Below are positions 7,644 through 18,930 of a stretch of DNA of 64,000 nucleotides, piece after piece. Position numbers and translations under genes: made by a program. Under the pieces are notes generated by a model, which saw only the letters and a list, made by a program, of their open reading frames with translations, searched no databases and was not told where the DNA came from. Origin of the DNA: an uncultured Nitrospina sp. (GTDB lineage: Bacteria; Nitrospinota; Nitrospinia; Nitrospinales; VA-1); the NCBI GenBank assembly GCA_913045445.1, contig CAJWQP010000004.1:1402-65401 (forward strand), read 5' to 3'. Numbering within the stretch: the stretch's first letter is position 1; each line of letters starts with the position of its first letter.

Positions 7644-8792
7644 ATGAAAGCTCTGGTTCTCGATATTCGACCTGAAGAGTGGGACTTCACCACAGGCCTT
7701 AACTTCACCGACGTTCTCGAGCCGAAGCTGGATGAATCCAAAGAACCCGCAGACGGAAGCAAAGTAATCATCCAGCCACTGTATACCGGATTCTGTGGAT
7801 CGGATAAAAGCATCTGGTTCCGCCACGCTTTTAAAGATCTCATATTCAATTCGCTCTCAATGAATGGCAGTGGGCGCAGGATTTGTGGACACGAACTGCT
7901 GGGTGAGATAGTCGAGGTCGGTTCTTATTCAGCCAAAGTTTACGGTTACCGCAAGGGCGATATCGTTTCGACCGAGTCGCATATTTTTTGTGGCAGGTGC
8001 CATCAGTGCAAGATAGGTGACGCGCATGTTTGTTCCAATCATCTCATCATCGGTATCTCCATCGATGGCTGTTTCGCCGATTATGTAAAGCTTCCCGCTA
8101 AAGAATTGTGGAAGACCGATCCCGATAAAATTCGTCCCGAGGTGGCCGCCGTTCAAGAGCCGCTGGGCAACGCTGTACACGCTTGCAGTCGAGTGGACTT
8201 GCGGGGGCGCACCGTTGCTGTTTTTGGTTGCGGCACGATCGGGTTGTTCACCATTCTCGTAGCGCGGGCGATGGGCGCGACCACGATCATCGGAGTCGAC
8301 TCTAATGAGAAAAACTTGAAACTCGCGGAACAACTCGGAGTGGACGAGGTATTCCGCGTTTCCGCTGACATGGGAGTCGAACCCAACTCGGAAATTGTCG
8401 AGGCCATCCGTAAACGTTGTTTCGGTGAAGGAGTGGATGTGGCGTTCGAGATGTCCGGTAGTAACCAGGCTCTCAACACGGCCCTGAGTGCGACTCGTGC
8501 CGGCGGTGATATCATTTTATTCGGATTGTCAGCAGGTGATTACACGCTCACCAACTTCCAGGAAATAATTATGTATGGCAAGTCCATGCACAGCGTAGTC
8601 GGACGCAAAGTATTCCAGACCTGGTACACCACGAGCAATCTGCTGACATCGAGCGGTCATAATCTGCAAGACAAGATTTATGACATCATCCTGAATAAGG
8701 GAGAAGGAACCGTATTTCCTTTTCACCAGTTTGATCGGGATTCATTTGAGAAGGCGATACAGGAACACCCGAAAATTGTTTTTAAGTATTAG
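7644..8792 (+). CDS. tdh: L-threonine 3-dehydrogenase (Zn-dependent MDR family)
   Basis: Motifs are [16 protein letters not shown], the structural zinc site [31 protein letters not shown] and GRKVFQTWY. The last parallels Tdh GREMFETWY. It lies immediately upstream of kbl, the classic tdh-kbl pair. Confidence 0.85.
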   Translation: MKALVLDIRPEEWDFTTGLNFTDVLEPKLDESKEPADGSKVIIQPLYTGFCGSDKSIWFRHAFKDLIFNSLSMNGSGRRICGHELLGEIVEVGSYSAKVYGYRKGDIVSTESHIFCGRCHQCKIGDAHVCSNHLIIGISIDGCFADYVKLPAKELWKTDPDKIRPEVAAVQEPLGNAVHACSRVDLRGRTVAVFGCGTIGLFTILVARAMGATTIIGVDSNEKNLKLAEQLGVDEVFRVSADMGVEPNSEIVEAIRKRCFGEGVDVAFEMSGSNQALNTALSATRAGGDIILFGLSAGDYTLTNFQEIIMYGKSMHSVVGRKVFQTWYTTSNLLTSSGHNLQDKIYDIILNKGEGTVFPFHQFDRDSFEKAIQEHPKIVFKY

Positions 8793-8800
8793 AGGTTACG

Positions 8801-9985
8801 ATGACAGACTTTCTTGAAACCATTCGTAACGAGTTAGAGTCTATTCATGCCGTCGGGGTGTATAAGGATGAACGCATCCTCCTTTCCCCCCAGCAGGCGC
8901 GCATTCGCACAAAACATGGAGAAGTTCTTAACTTCTGTGCGAACAATTATCTCGGCCTTGCCAACCATCCGGAAATTCTTGAGGCCGCAAGGAACGCGCT
9001 TGATCAGTATGGTTACGGAATGTCATCGGTGCGTTTTATTTGCGGCACGCAGGATGTGCATAAACAACTTGAGAAATCTGTTGCGAAATTCCTGGGAATG
9101 GAAGACGCGATTTTATATTCTTCCTGCTTCGATGCCAATGGCGGGTTATTTGAAACACTGCTCACAGAACAAGATGCCGTTATCAGTGACCGCTTGAATC
9201 ACGCCAGCATTATTGATGGAGTGCGTTTGTGCAAGGTCAGCCGGTTTCGCTACAACCACGCCGACATGAATCATCTTGAAACCCAGCTAAAACGCGCGCA
9301 GAAAAACCGGTTTCGCATGATTGCTACCGATGGTGTTTTCAGCATGGATGGAGATGTCGCGCCGATTAAAGAAATTTGTGAACTGGCGAAACGTTACCAG
9401 GCGATTGTTATGGTGGACGATTCACACGCGACCGGGTTCTTCGGCGCAACCGGACGCGGTAGTATTGAGTATCAGGATGCGTTGGGCGAAGTGCAGATTA
9501 TAACGTCAACCTTTGGTAAGGCGCTCGGTGGAGCGTCTGGCGGATTCACAGCCGCGAGTCATGAACTGGTTTCATTGTTGAGGCAGAGGTCGCGTCCGTA
9601 TCTGTTTTCAAATTCCCTTTCACCCGTCATCGCCGCAACAACTTTGAAGGCTATCGAACTCATCGCCCATTCGCCGGATTTAATCAGAAAGCTTCAAGAC
9701 AACACTCTCTTTTTTCGGAAGGAAATAGAAGAAGCCGGATTCGATATCCGTCCGGGAAGCCATCCGATCATTCCCATTATGCTGGGTGAAGAACATCTGG
9801 CTAAAACCATGGCGGATAAATTACTTGCAGAGGGTGTTTATGTGATCGGATTCAGTCATCCCGTTGTTCCCAGGGGGCAGGCGCGGATTCGTGTACAGAT
9901 TTCCGCCGTTCATGAGAGAGAGGATATTGATCAAGCCGTAGCCGCGTTTCAGAAAATTGGCCGCGAGTTGGGAGTCATCACATAG
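8801..9985 (+). CDS. kbl: glycine C-acetyltransferase (2-amino-3-ketobutyrate CoA ligase)
   Basis: It belongs to the alpha-oxoamine synthase family ([42 protein letters not shown] with the PLP lysine). The tdh neighbour supports the call. Confidence 0.9.
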   Translation: MTDFLETIRNELESIHAVGVYKDERILLSPQQARIRTKHGEVLNFCANNYLGLANHPEILEAARNALDQYGYGMSSVRFICGTQDVHKQLEKSVAKFLGMEDAILYSSCFDANGGLFETLLTEQDAVISDRLNHASIIDGVRLCKVSRFRYNHADMNHLETQLKRAQKNRFRMIATDGVFSMDGDVAPIKEICELAKRYQAIVMVDDSHATGFFGATGRGSIEYQDALGEVQIITSTFGKALGGASGGFTAASHELVSLLRQRSRPYLFSNSLSPVIAATTLKAIELIAHSPDLIRKLQDNTLFFRKEIEEAGFDIRPGSHPIIPIMLGEEHLAKTMADKLLAEGVYVIGFSHPVVPRGQARIRVQISAVHEREDIDQAVAAFQKIGRELGVIT

Positions 9986-10521
9986 GTAATACTATGAAAG
10001 ATGGCGGAAAGGCCTTTTGTCTAAAGGTTTTTCAAGAAAAGTCCGCAAAAAACAAGAGTAGGCTTGATGGGTGGGTGTGCCTATACTTGCCTCAATCAAA
10101 CTTTTTAGTGAGATTATGTCGCAGATACGGGCAATTATTTTAGGGTCATGACTAGAACAGGATGTTGTTATCCTGAAACCACCTCGCCGATGGTCAAGAA
10201 AATAACCCTCTCCACAACAGCAAACACTATTTCAGTTGATTTATAAGTTTCATTTGAAATATTTTTTACCAGATAAAAAATATTTATCTTGTTTAAAAAC
10301 AGTATGTTGTGGTAAATTGGCTGGGTTTTTGGCCCAAAAATGTCTTTTTTTTAAAAAAACAGAAATAACTTAAAATTTTTCTGTAAAATGTGGTGTGCGA
10401 GTGATACACTCCCTTAGTACTGGGGGCTTTCCCTCATATTTCCTATTTCATATTCAAATACATCGATTTACCTGAAGCTTTTACGGTTTACCTAAAACTT
10501 TCTAATATATGGCTTTTAGGG

Positions 10522-10551
10522 TTGACAAGCCGTGGGGGAGCTTTGTAGAAT
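10522..10551 (+). promoter_or_regulatory. near-consensus sigma70-type promoter of the tRNA operon
   Basis: TTGACA (10522-10527), an 18-nt spacer, then TAGAAT (10546-10551). It sits about 20 nt upstream of the first tRNA and is preceded by a very AT-rich region. Confidence 0.6.
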
Positions 10552-10571
10552 TGATGTTTTTCATTTACTGG

Positions 10572-10647
10572 GCTGGCGTAGCTCAGTTGGTAGAGCAGCT
10601 GATTTGTAATCAGCAGGTCGGGGGTTCGAGTCCCTTTGCCAGCTCCA
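10572..10647 (+). tRNA. tRNA-Thr (anticodon UGU), CCA encoded
   Basis: Hand-folded cloverleaf: acceptor GCTGGCG/TGCCAGC, D arm GCTC-AGTTGGTA-GAGC, anticodon arm GCTGA-TTTGTAA-TCAGC, T loop TTCGAGT. Confidence 0.9.
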
Positions 10648-10766
10648 CTTTTATTGGCATGTTGGAAGGAAACCTTAGGGTGTTGACGCCCCCGTCGTGG
10701 GCGGCTGTTCTTCAGTATTGCCGTCTGGTGGTGGAGGATTTTTTTTTGTCATCCTCCATATATTTC

Positions 10767-10848
10767 GGGGAGGTTCCCGAGTGGCCAAAGGGAACAGACT
10801 GTAAATCTGTCGGCTCAGCCTTCGGAGGTTCGAATCCTCCCCTCCCCA
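10767..10848 (+). tRNA. tRNA-Tyr (anticodon GUA), long variable arm, no encoded CCA
   Basis: Acceptor GGGGAGG/CCTCCCC. The TTCCCGAGTGGCCAAAGGGAACAGACTGTAAATCTG core closely resembles E. coli tRNA-Tyr. T arm: GGAGG-TTCGAAT-CCTCC. Confidence 0.9.
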
Positions 10849-10873
10849 TATTTCTCTTTGTTTTAGGGGCAAT

Positions 10874-10950
10874 GCGGGAATAGCTCAGTTGGCTAGAGCG
10901 TCAGCCTTCCAAGCTGAGGGTCGCCGGTTCGAGTCCGGTTTCCCGCTCCA
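10874..10950 (+). tRNA. tRNA-Gly (anticodon UCC), CCA encoded
   Basis: Acceptor GCGGGAA/TTCCCGC. The anticodon loop CTTCCAA sits within TCAGCCTTCCAAGCTGA. T arm: CCGG-TTCGAGT-CCGG. Confidence 0.9.
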
Positions 10951-10993
10951 CCCTGATTTCAGGTTTGGCAAGGGTTGTCAATTAAGTACAGAC

Positions 10994-11065
10994 GCCCACG
11001 TAGCTCAGGGGTGGAGCACTTCCTTGGTAAGGAAGAGGTCATCGGTTCAATTCCGATCGTGGGCT
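10994..11065 (+). tRNA. tRNA-Thr (anticodon GGU), no encoded CCA
   Basis: Acceptor GCCCACG/CGTGGGC, anticodon arm CTTCC-TTGGTAA-GGAAG, T arm ATCGG-TTCAATT-CCGAT. Confidence 0.9.
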
Positions 11066-11158
11066 TACTTGTTTTGTGTGAGTTCTCCGAAGGTTTTCTG
11101 CGGAGTAAAAATAATTTTCAGGTTGAACCACCTGGAAAATTCTATTTGGTCAAGGGTT

Positions 11159-11308
11159 ATGAGAGACATTATACAATTGGCGTGTACTGAGTGTAAGCGC
11201 AGGAATTATTCGACAACCAAGAATAAGAAACTGACGACTCAACGCCTGGAATTCAAGAAGTATTGCAGGTTTTGCAGAAAGCACATCCTTCACAAGGAAA
11301 CCAAGTAA
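11159..11308 (+). CDS. rpmG: 50S ribosomal protein L33 (Cys4 form)
   Basis: 49-aa translation: [49 protein letters not shown]. It is the 3' end of a longer spurious track ORF (10889-11308). Confidence 0.95.
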   Translation: MRDIIQLACTECKRRNYSTTKNKKLTTQRLEFKKYCRFCRKHILHKETK

Positions 11309-11408
11309 AGCGAACGTCGGTGTAGGTCGGCGCGTGTGGGAAGCGAGAGGGCAGACTTGGTATCCAAACCAGTTTCCAACTACTCTTAAGCCGCTTTGGA
11401 AGTCGAAT

Positions 11409-11482
11409 AGGCCAGTAGCTCTAATGGCTAGAGCGCCGGACTCCAAATCTGGTGGTTGGGGGTTCGAGTCCCTCCTGGCCTG
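11409..11482 (+). tRNA. tRNA-Trp (anticodon CCA)
   Basis: Acceptor AGGCCAG/CTGGCCT, anticodon arm CCGGA-CTCCAAA-TCTGG, T loop TTCGAGT. It occupies the typical position between rpmG and secE. Confidence 0.9.
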
Positions 11483-11517
11483 TATTGAACATTTGAATGG
11501 ATTGAAGTGATTAGCAG

Positions 11518-11706
11518 ATGATAGCAAAAGCGATTCAGTTTTTATCAGAAGTTAAAGGTGAGGTCAAGAAAGTTACTTGGCCGTCCAGGAAAGAGGCTCT
11601 GGGGGGGACCGCTGTGGTCCTGGTTGTGGTGTTTTTTATGGCGTTGTTCCTGGGTCTTGTCGATGTGCTTTTGTCTAAGATTGTAGAAACTCTCCTGAAA
11701 GCTTGA
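11518..11706 (+). CDS. secE: preprotein translocase subunit SecE
   Basis: 62 aa. It has FLSEVKGEVKKVTWPSRKE followed by a single TM helix, and its position before nusG is conserved. Confidence 0.95.
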   Translation: MIAKAIQFLSEVKGEVKKVTWPSRKEALGGTAVVLVVVFFMALFLGLVDVLLSKIVETLLKA

Positions 11707-11718
11707 GGTAAAAGAAAA

Positions 11719-12258
11719 TTGATTGTGAGTAAAAACTGGTATGTGATTCATACGTATTCCGGCTACGAGCAGAAGGTGAAGGCGAACCTATTGGAACAGT
11801 TCGAGCGTTCCGAAAGTAAGGAAAATCTGGGGGAAATAGTTATTCCCACAGAGGAGGTTGTTGAGGTTCGCAAGGGCAAGAAGAAAATTTCTTCCAGGAA
11901 GTTTTTTCCGGGATATGTCCTGATCAGTGTCGAGATGACGCAGGATATCTGGTACATGATCAAGAACACCCCAAAGGTTACGGGTTTTCTTGGTGGTAGC
12001 GGCGGGGAGCCTGTTCCATTGTCGGAGGAAGAAGTTCAGTCGATTGTGGGGCAGATGAAGGGAGAGTCAACGCGGCCCAAGCCCAAATTCTCTTATGACA
12101 AGGGTGAAAGTGTGCGCGTGATAGATGGCCCGTTTGTTAATTTTAACGGTGTCGTAGACGAAGTTAATCAGGATAAGGGTAAGGTTAAGGTGATGGTTTC
12201 CATTTTTGGCCGGGCGACCCCGGTTGAGCTGGAATTTCCTCAGATCGAGCGTGTTTGA
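11719..12258 (+). CDS. nusG: transcription termination/antitermination factor NusG
   Basis: KNWYVIHTYSGYEQKV is the NGN domain. The C-terminus is a KOW domain (GESVRVIDGPFVNFNGVVDEV). The start is TTG at 11719 or GTG at 11725. Confidence 0.95.
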   Translation: MIVSKNWYVIHTYSGYEQKVKANLLEQFERSESKENLGEIVIPTEEVVEVRKGKKKISSRKFFPGYVLISVEMTQDIWYMIKNTPKVTGFLGGSGGEPVPLSEEEVQSIVGQMKGESTRPKPKFSYDKGESVRVIDGPFVNFNGVVDEVNQDKGKVKVMVSIFGRATPVELEFPQIERV

Positions 12259-12303
12259 TTCGCGCCGGTCATTTGAACTGTTAAGAGTTTAGAAAGGAAG
12301 CAA

Positions 12304-12732
12304 GTGGCAACGAAAACAGCTGAATCACTAATCAAGTTGCAGATACCTGCGGGGCAGGCGACCCCGTCACCACCGGTCGGGCCAGCGCTCGGTCAGCATG
12401 GTGTCAACATAATGGATTTCTGTAAGGCTTTCAACGCGGAGACCCAGGGTAAGGAAGGGATGGTTATCCCTGTAGTTATTTCGGTATATAAGGACCGGAC
12501 CTTTTCGTTCGTTACAAAGTCACCGCCTGCCGCAGTTCTTCTTAAGCAAGCGGCGGGTATCGCCAAGGGATCGTCTAATCCGAGCCGCGAATTTGTGGGC
12601 ACTGTTACCAGTGACCAGGTCCGCGAAATAGCCCAGACCAAAAAAGAAGACCTGAATGCGAACGATATAGATCAGGCAATGCGAATTATTGAGGGTTCCG
12701 CGAAAAGCATGGGACTTAAAGTAGAAGGTTAA
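12304..12732 (+). CDS. rplK: 50S ribosomal protein L11
   Basis: Contains [33 protein letters not shown] start preceded by AAAGGAAG. Confidence 0.97.
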   Translation: MATKTAESLIKLQIPAGQATPSPPVGPALGQHGVNIMDFCKAFNAETQGKEGMVIPVVISVYKDRTFSFVTKSPPAAVLLKQAAGIAKGSSNPSREFVGTVTSDQVREIAQTKKEDLNANDIDQAMRIIEGSAKSMGLKVEG

Positions 12733-12752
12733 AACGATCGGGAGAAGAGAGT

Positions 12753-13439
12753 ATGGCAAAGGCGGGTAAAAGAATCAAGGCGGCGCTTGAAAAGGTAGAG
12801 CCTTTAAAAGAATACGAGCTTCTCGAGGCGGTGAAGTTGGCCAAGGAGACAGCGCAGGCCAAGTTTGATGAGTCGGTGGACGTTGCGGTGCGTTTGGGAG
12901 TAGACCCGCGCAAGGCAGATCAAAATATTCGTGGAAGTGTTGTGCTCCCAAAAGGGACCGGGAAAAAGTTTCGCATACTGGTGTTCGCGAAGGGGGAGAA
13001 AGAGGCCGAGGCTAAAGAGGCTGGCGCGGAGTTTGTCGGTGGCGAGGATCTTATGAAAAAGATCCAGGGCGGTTGGTTGGATTTCGACCGGGTTGTGGCT
13101 ACGCCGGATATGATGGGCGTGGTGGGGAGGCTTGGTAAAGTCCTGGGTCCGCGTGGAATGATGCCCAATCCAAAGACGGGAACGGTTACTTTCGATATTA
13201 AAGATGCGATCGACCAGATTCAATCGGGGAAAGTGGATTTTCGAGTGGATAAGGCGGGAAATGTACATGCTTCGGTGGGTAAAGCCAGTTTTTCGGCAGA
13301 AGACCTGGTAGAGAATTTTGATGCGCTGATGGCGACAGTGGTTCGATTGAAACCATCATCGAGCAAAGGTAAGTATGTGAAAGGCATTTCCGTGTCTTCT
13401 ACCATGGGGGCGGGAATCAGAGTTGCTTATACAGCCTGA
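12753..13439 (+). CDS. rplA: 50S ribosomal protein L1
   Basis: Motifs [23 protein letters not shown] and [15 protein letters not shown]. Confidence 0.97.
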   Translation: MAKAGKRIKAALEKVEPLKEYELLEAVKLAKETAQAKFDESVDVAVRLGVDPRKADQNIRGSVVLPKGTGKKFRILVFAKGEKEAEAKEAGAEFVGGEDLMKKIQGGWLDFDRVVATPDMMGVVGRLGKVLGPRGMMPNPKTGTVTFDIKDAIDQIQSGKVDFRVDKAGNVHASVGKASFSAEDLVENFDALMATVVRLKPSSSKGKYVKGISVSSTMGAGIRVAYTA

Positions 13440-13530
13440 CCAATTTGTTGTTGGGTTTGAATTGATTATTTTTTATTGGGATGATTTTACGTTTGAGATT
13501 AAATCGTCCGGTTTTTAGAGAGGTTGTCCG

Positions 13531-14058
13531 GTGACAAATCCAGTAAAAGTTGAGGCCGTAAAAGAGCTGCACGATGTTTTCTTGAAGGCTAAATCTGTTG
13601 TAATGGCCAACTATCAAGGGATAGATGCGGCGGGTATTACGGCGTTGCGCACTCATATGAGAGGCCGTTCGGTGGACTTTCGAGTTGTGAAAAATACCTT
13701 AGCCCGCAGGGCCGCGAAGGATACCACCCTTGAGGTTTTGGGTGATGATTTTAAGGGCCCCGTTTCTGTGGTCGTCAGTTTCGATGATGCGGTTGCCCCC
13801 GCCAAAGCCCTGGCTGATTTTGCCAAGTCAGATGCGCCTAAGTCTCCCGAGGTTATTTGCGGAGTGGTTGAGGGGAAAAAAGTTTCACCGGCCGAGGTTC
13901 AGGCGCTTGCGGACTTGCCTTCGCGCGAAGAACTGATTTCTCAAATGCTATCTGTGTTTCAAGGGCCAACAACCAATTTCGCGGGAGTGTTTTCCTCCTT
14001 ACTGCGCAAACTTGTTGGTACTCTCGAGGCGATTCGGGAGAAGAAAGAATCCGGTTGA
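13531..14058 (+). CDS. rplJ: 50S ribosomal protein L10
   Basis: The order L1-L10-L7/L12 is conserved. Contains ANYQGIDAAGITALRTHMR. GTG start. Confidence 0.95.
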   Translation: MTNPVKVEAVKELHDVFLKAKSVVMANYQGIDAAGITALRTHMRGRSVDFRVVKNTLARRAAKDTTLEVLGDDFKGPVSVVVSFDDAVAPAKALADFAKSDAPKSPEVICGVVEGKKVSPAEVQALADLPSREELISQMLSVFQGPTTNFAGVFSSLLRKLVGTLEAIREKKESG

Positions 14059-14163
14059 CGTATTGTGCCTTTTGCTAAACAAGATGAGGCCGTTCCAGTT
14101 TTATAACTTAATTGAATAGATTCGAATTTATAAGAATAATTTTTTATTTGAAAGGAGGTCGTG

Positions 14164-14541
14164 ATGGCCGTCGCAAAGGAAGATGTCGTTTCGTTTATTG
14201 ACAATATGACTGTATTGGAAATGTCAGAATTTGTTAAAGAATTAGAAGATAAGTACGGAGTTACCGCTGCCGCGCCGAGTGTAGCCGTTGCCGCCGCGCC
14301 GGGTGCTGGTGCCGCCGTTGCTGAAGAGAAAACAGAGTTTGATGTTGTTCTTACAGCAGTTGGGGACAAGAAAATTCAGGTGATCAAAGAGGTTCGCGCG
14401 ATTACGGGACTGGGATTGAAAGACGCTAAGGATTTGGTTGAGGGTGCGCCGAAGCCTATCAAGGAAGGTGCCAAGAAAGAAGAAGCCGATGAGATTAAGC
14501 AGAAAATTGAAGCAGTTGGCGGTACAGTAGAAGTAAAATAA
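14164..14541 (+). CDS. rplL: 50S ribosomal protein L7/L12
   Basis: Contains an Ala-rich hinge and [33 protein letters not shown]. The ATG at 14164 is 5 nt after AAGGAGG. The track start GTG at 14161 is too close to the SD. Confidence 0.97.
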   Translation: MAVAKEDVVSFIDNMTVLEMSEFVKELEDKYGVTAAAPSVAVAAAPGAGAAVAEEKTEFDVVLTAVGDKKIQVIKEVRAITGLGLKDAKDLVEGAPKPIKEGAKKEEADEIKQKIEAVGGTVEVK

Positions 14542-14622
14542 CGCCGTCTTTTTTTGGATGCTTTCTTTTGCTGTTTGGCAAAACCATTGGTTTCTTTTAT
14601 CACTCCTTCAAAATAAGGTTGG

Positions 14623-17600
14623 ATGAGCATGTCAAAAATCGGTTCCCAGCAACGCGTTGCAGGAAGTTTAAGAACCAGGCAGAATTTCGCCCGTATACCG
14701 CAAGTCATAGACATTCCGAATCTCATTGAGATTCAAAAAAAATCATTCGAATGCTTCGTTCAGAACGATGTTCCTCTTAAGGACCGTCAGCTCAAAGGAC
14801 TGGAAGAAGTTTTTGCTGATGTGTTTCCAATTTCAGACCTGAATATCAATGCTCGAATAGAGTATGTCGGGTTTGAGGTCGGGATTTGGGAGTGTGGCTG
14901 TGGCGAGTATGGAGAGTTGGGCGGCCTGGGTGTGGTCTGCGATAAATGCGGACACGATGTTCTTCGTAAGGAGAAGCATAAGCTGAGCGAATGTCGCCAG
15001 AAAGGTCTGACCTATGCTGATCCTATAAAGATAATGGTGCATTTGGTGTTGTTTGACCGTGAGGCGGTTGATATCAATGCCAAGACGTTAAAAGACTTAC
15101 CCGGAAAATATATTGTTGAAGATTTGAAGCATCCTTCAACGGGTAAGATCCTTTTCCCTTCCCGCACACAAATCACACCGGAAGTAATCAAAACACTTCA
15201 GAGTGAGAAGGTTACTCAAATAGTCAGTAATACAGTCCGTGAGGTTAAAGAACAGAAAATATTCCTGGGTGAGATGCCGATGATGAGTCCCAATGGGACC
15301 TTCATGATCAATGGTGTTGAGCGTGTGATCGTGAGCCAGATGCACCGATCGCCGGGAGCCTTCTTTTCTCACGACAAGGGAAAATCTCACGTCAGCGGAA
15401 AAATTCTCTATTCGGCCAGAATCATTCCTGATCGAGGTTCCTGGGTTGACTTCGAGTTTGATATTAAGGATCTGCTTTATGTGAAAATTGATCGCCGAAG
15501 AAAGCTTCCGGCGACTATTTTGTTGCAGGCCTTTGGTATGTCGGTCAAGGAAATTCTTGAAACCTTCTATAAGATCGAAACGATCAGTGTGTCCGCAAAG
15601 GATAAGAGGGTCTTTGCTTCCAGTAAAGAGCTGCTGATAGGTTATAAGGTTCTGGAGGATATTATAGACCCAAAGACCGATGACGTTATACTCAAGGCGG
15701 GTAAAAAAGTTGTTCCGGCCGTGTTGCGTAAGTTGAAACGTGTTACCAGGGCGATGAAGGTGGAGATAGACCCTGAGGGTCTTTTAGGTTGTTTTCTGTT
15801 TGATGAAATAGTGAGCAAGGAAACAGGCGAAGTTTTTGCGGAGACCAATCAGCCTTTAACAGAAGAGATTCTGGAACTTATTTTTGAAAATGGAAATAAT
15901 GAGATCAAGATTCTTCATGTAGATGATGAGCTTCTTGATACAGCCATTCGTGATACGGTGGCGGCAGGTAAAATTGATAATCAGGTAGACGCGATCCGGG
16001 AAATTTACAAGCGTCTTCGACCGGGGGACCCGCCAACGCCGGAAATAGCGAAATCCTTATTCTGGAATCTTTTCTTCAATCCCAAGCGGTACAACCTCTC
16101 CGTTGTTGGGCGTATCAAGCTCAATCAGAAATTTGGATTGGATATTCCTACCAATAACCGACTGTTGACACTTAAAGATCTGGTGGCGGTGGTCAAATTT
16201 CTGGTCGACCTGCGCAATGGGATCGGCACAGTTGATGACATCGACCATTTGGGCAACCGACGTGTAAGGGCTGTGGGTGAATCGCTGGAAAATCAGTTCA
16301 GAGTTGGGTTGGTCAGGATGGAGCGGGCAATTGTTGAACGCATGTCTATTCAGGACCTGGATGTTTCTATGCCGCATGATCTCATTAATTCCAAGCCCGT
16401 GACCGCGGCGATAAAAGAGTTTTTCGGCAGTAGTCAGTTGTCTCAGTTTATGGATCAGACTAATCCGCTTTCTGAAATAACCCACAAACGTCGTCTCAGC
16501 GCATTAGGTCCTGGCGGTCTGACGCGAGAGCGCGCCGGGTTCGAGGTGCGGGATGTTCATCCTACTCATTACGGGCGGATTTGCCCTATTGAAACTCCAG
16601 AAGGACCCAACATTGGCCTCATCGCTTCGCTGAGTACTTACGCGAGGGTTAATGATTATGGTTTCATTGAAACACCTTACAGAAAAGTCGCGAAGGGATC
16701 GGCCAAGAACGAGGTGGAGTTTCATACTGCGATAGTTGAGGATAAATATGTTATCGCGCAGGCCAATGTTGAGTTGGACAAAAATAACAAGTTTAAAGAA
16801 TCGATCGTGTCGGCCCGTCAGGGCGGGGATTTTGTTTTGTCTCCCAGTGACAAGGTTGATTTCATGGATGTTTCCCCTAAACAGCTTATCAGTGTGGCCG
16901 CATCGCTCATTCCGTTTCTGGAAAACGATGATGCCAACAGGGCTTTGATGGGCTCTAATATGCAACGACAGGCAGTGCCTCTGGTTCAACCCGAAGCTCC
17001 TTTTGTGGGGACGGGTATGGAGGCGATTGTGGCGCATGATTCGGGAGCTGTGATCGTTGCTGAACGAGACGGTGAGGTCATAAGTGCCGATGCGACACGC
17101 ATTGTTGTCCGCAGTAATATTAAAAAGTCAAAGAGTGGAAAGCAGAAACGAAGCAACCTGCTCGATTCAAATGTAGATATTTATACTTTGGCCAAGTACC
17201 AAAGATCGAACCAGAACACCTGTGTCAACCAGAGGCCGCTCGTGATTTCGGGGCAAAAAGTTTCGAAGGGTGAGGTTATTGCCGATGGTCCTTCAACGGA
17301 AATGGGCGAACTTGCCCTGGGCCGAAATGTGCTTGTCGCGTTTATGCCTTGGGATGGGTACAACTTTGAGGATGCGATTATCGTCAGTGAAAAGTTGGTG
17401 AAGGAGGATGTTTATACTTCGATTCACATTGAAGAGTTTAATGTGGAGGCCAGAGATACTAAACAGGGCAAAGAAGATATTACTCGCGACATCTCCAATG
17501 TGGGTGAGGATGCGTTGAAGAACCTTGATGAAAGCGGGATCATCCGCGTGGGTGCTACGGTAAAACCAAACGATATTCTCGTGGGTAAGATCACCCCGAA

Positions 17601-18852
17601 AGGTGAAACTCAGTTGAGTCCGGAAGAAAAACTCCTCAAGGCAATTTTTGGAGAAAAAGCGGGAGATGTGCGTGACACTTCATTGAGGGTTCCACCGGGT
17701 ATTCATGGAACGGTCATTGACGTGAAGGTCTTTTCCCGAAAGGGTATCGATAAGGATTCCCGGGCTCTCGCCATTGAAGAGGAAGAGATGGCGCGCGTTG
17801 AAAAGGACTTCAACGATGAAATTCGAATCGTCAAAAGTGAAACGGAAAAACGGATCCGGTCCTTGTTGTCTGGAAAGACAGCGAGCAAGACGGCTAGTAT
17901 CGGGCGTCACAGTTTCAAAAAAGGTGAAGTCCTTGAGGGAGAAGTTCTTGCCAAGCTGAGCGCCAAGGATATGGTCCAGATTCCGGCAAAGGACGTGAAT
18001 AGTGAAGAAATCAAGGAGTTGGAGGAAAATTGTAAGGATCAGGTAAGTATCCTCAAGTCCATGATGAAGGATAAAGCGGCTCAGTTGAGAAAGGGAGATG
18101 ATTTGTCGCCCGGTGTGATCAAGCTGGTCAAGGTTTTCCTGGCCATGAAGCGCAAGCTTCAGGTTGGCGATAAGATGGCGGGTCGTCATGGTAACAAGGG
18201 TGTCGTTTCAACTATCGTTCCGGTAGAAGACATGCCTTACCTTGATGATGGAACATCTATCGAGCTCATACTCAATCCGTTGGGTGTTCCATCGCGAATG
18301 AACGTGGGCCAGATTTTGGAAACCAATCTGGGTATGGCCGCGAAATCAGTTGGCAGGCATATGGCAACTCCTGTTTTTGACGGTGCTAAGGAATCGGATG
18401 TTCGTGGCTTGCTTGAGGGGACCGCGTTTTCTCCTTCGGGTGAGGAGGCGTTGAATGATGGTCGTACAGGAATTCCTTTCCGTCAGAAAGTGATGGTTGG
18501 TTATATATACATTCTGAAACTTCATCACTTGGTGGATGACAAGATCCATGCTCGTTCGACAGGACCTTATTCGCTGGTAACCCAGCAACCGTTGGGTGGG
18601 AAGGCGCAATTTGGAGGCCAGAGGCTCGGTGAAATGGAGGTCTGGGCGCTGGAAGCTTATGGTGCCGCGTATACCCTGCAGGAAATGCTGACAGTGAAAT
18701 CCGATGATGTGGAAGGACGCAAGCGCATGTATGAAGCCATCGTTAAAGGCGATACCAACCTGAACCCCAGTCTTCCGGAATCATTTAACGTTCTGGTCAA
18801 AGAGTTGCAGAGTTTGGCCATAGATGTAGAACTTATAGAATCTCCCAAGTAA
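14623..18852 (+). CDS. rpoB: DNA-directed RNA polymerase subunit beta, with an N-terminal Cys4 insertion
   Basis: 1409 aa. Motifs are [53 protein letters not shown] and [13 protein letters not shown]. Confidence 0.99.
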   Translation: MSMSKIGSQQRVAGSLRTRQNFARIPQVIDIPNLIEIQKKSFECFVQNDVPLKDRQLKGLEEVFADVFPISDLNINARIEYVGFEVGIWECGCGEYGELGGLGVVCDKCGHDVLRKEKHKLSECRQKGLTYADPIKIMVHLVLFDREAVDINAKTLKDLPGKYIVEDLKHPSTGKILFPSRTQITPEVIKTLQSEKVTQIVSNTVREVKEQKIFLGEMPMMSPNGTFMINGVERVIVSQMHRSPGAFFSHDKGKSHVSGKILYSARIIPDRGSWVDFEFDIKDLLYVKIDRRRKLPATILLQAFGMSVKEILETFYKIETISVSAKDKRVFASSKELLIGYKVLEDIIDPKTDDVILKAGKKVVPAVLRKLKRVTRAMKVEIDPEGLLGCFLFDEIVSKETGEVFAETNQPLTEEILELIFENGNNEIKILHVDDELLDTAIRDTVAAGKIDNQVDAIREIYKRLRPGDPPTPEIAKSLFWNLFFNPKRYNLSVVGRIKLNQKFGLDIPTNNRLLTLKDLVAVVKFLVDLRNGIGTVDDIDHLGNRRVRAVGESLENQFRVGLVRMERAIVERMSIQDLDVSMPHDLINSKPVTAAIKEFFGSSQLSQFMDQTNPLSEITHKRRLSALGPGGLTRERAGFEVRDVHPTHYGRICPIETPEGPNIGLIASLSTYARVNDYGFIETPYRKVAKGSAKNEVEFHTAIVEDKYVIAQANVELDKNNKFKESIVSARQGGDFVLSPSDKVDFMDVSPKQLISVAASLIPFLENDDANRALMGSNMQRQAVPLVQPEAPFVGTGMEAIVAHDSGAVIVAERDGEVISADATRIVVRSNIKKSKSGKQKRSNLLDSNVDIYTLAKYQRSNQNTCVNQRPLVISGQKVSKGEVIADGPSTEMGELALGRNVLVAFMPWDGYNFEDAIIVSEKLVKEDVYTSIHIEEFNVEARDTKQGKEDITRDISNVGEDALKNLDESGIIRVGATVKPNDILVGKITPKGETQLSPEEKLLKAIFGEKAGDVRDTSLRVPPGIHGTVIDVKVFSRKGIDKDSRALAIEEEEMARVEKDFNDEIRIVKSETEKRIRSLLSGKTASKTASIGRHSFKKGEVLEGEVLAKLSAKDMVQIPAKDVNSEEIKELEENCKDQVSILKSMMKDKAAQLRKGDDLSPGVIKLVKVFLAMKRKLQVGDKMAGRHGNKGVVSTIVPVEDMPYLDDGTSIELILNPLGVPSRMNVGQILETNLGMAAKSVGRHMATPVFDGAKESDVRGLLEGTAFSPSGEEALNDGRTGIPFRQKVMVGYIYILKLHHLVDDKIHARSTGPYSLVTQQPLGGKAQFGGQRLGEMEVWALEAYGAAYTLQEMLTVKSDDVEGRKRMYEAIVKGDTNLNPSLPESFNVLVKELQSLAIDVELIESPK

Positions 18853-18930
18853 GTTGCTTTTCGGTCTGATAAACAGCTGAACCGTTTCAAAGCAGTTTAA
18901 CTTTAACACTATTGGAAGGAGACACCCCTG

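Noticed and set aside
10572-11482. tRNA cluster as an integration hotspot or genomic island boundary
   Set aside because: No integrase, direct repeat of a tRNA 3' end or foreign-looking genes follow. The cluster is the conserved Thr-Tyr-Gly-Thr(-tuf)-rpmG-Trp-secE arrangement, here without the tuf copy.
10509-11527. ORFs 10509-10883, 10675-10872, 10889-11308 (5' part), 10975-11190 and 11150-11527
   Set aside because: They run through the four tRNA genes and tRNA-Trp. Only the last 150 nt of 10889-11308 (rpmG) is real coding sequence.
14542-14622. Attenuator or terminator between rplL and rpoB
   Set aside because: A T7 run at 14551-14557 is preceded only by a 5-bp stem with a G-U pair and a ~20-nt loop. 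An AT-rich ttttgc/gcaaaa hairpin follows. Both are too weak to call.
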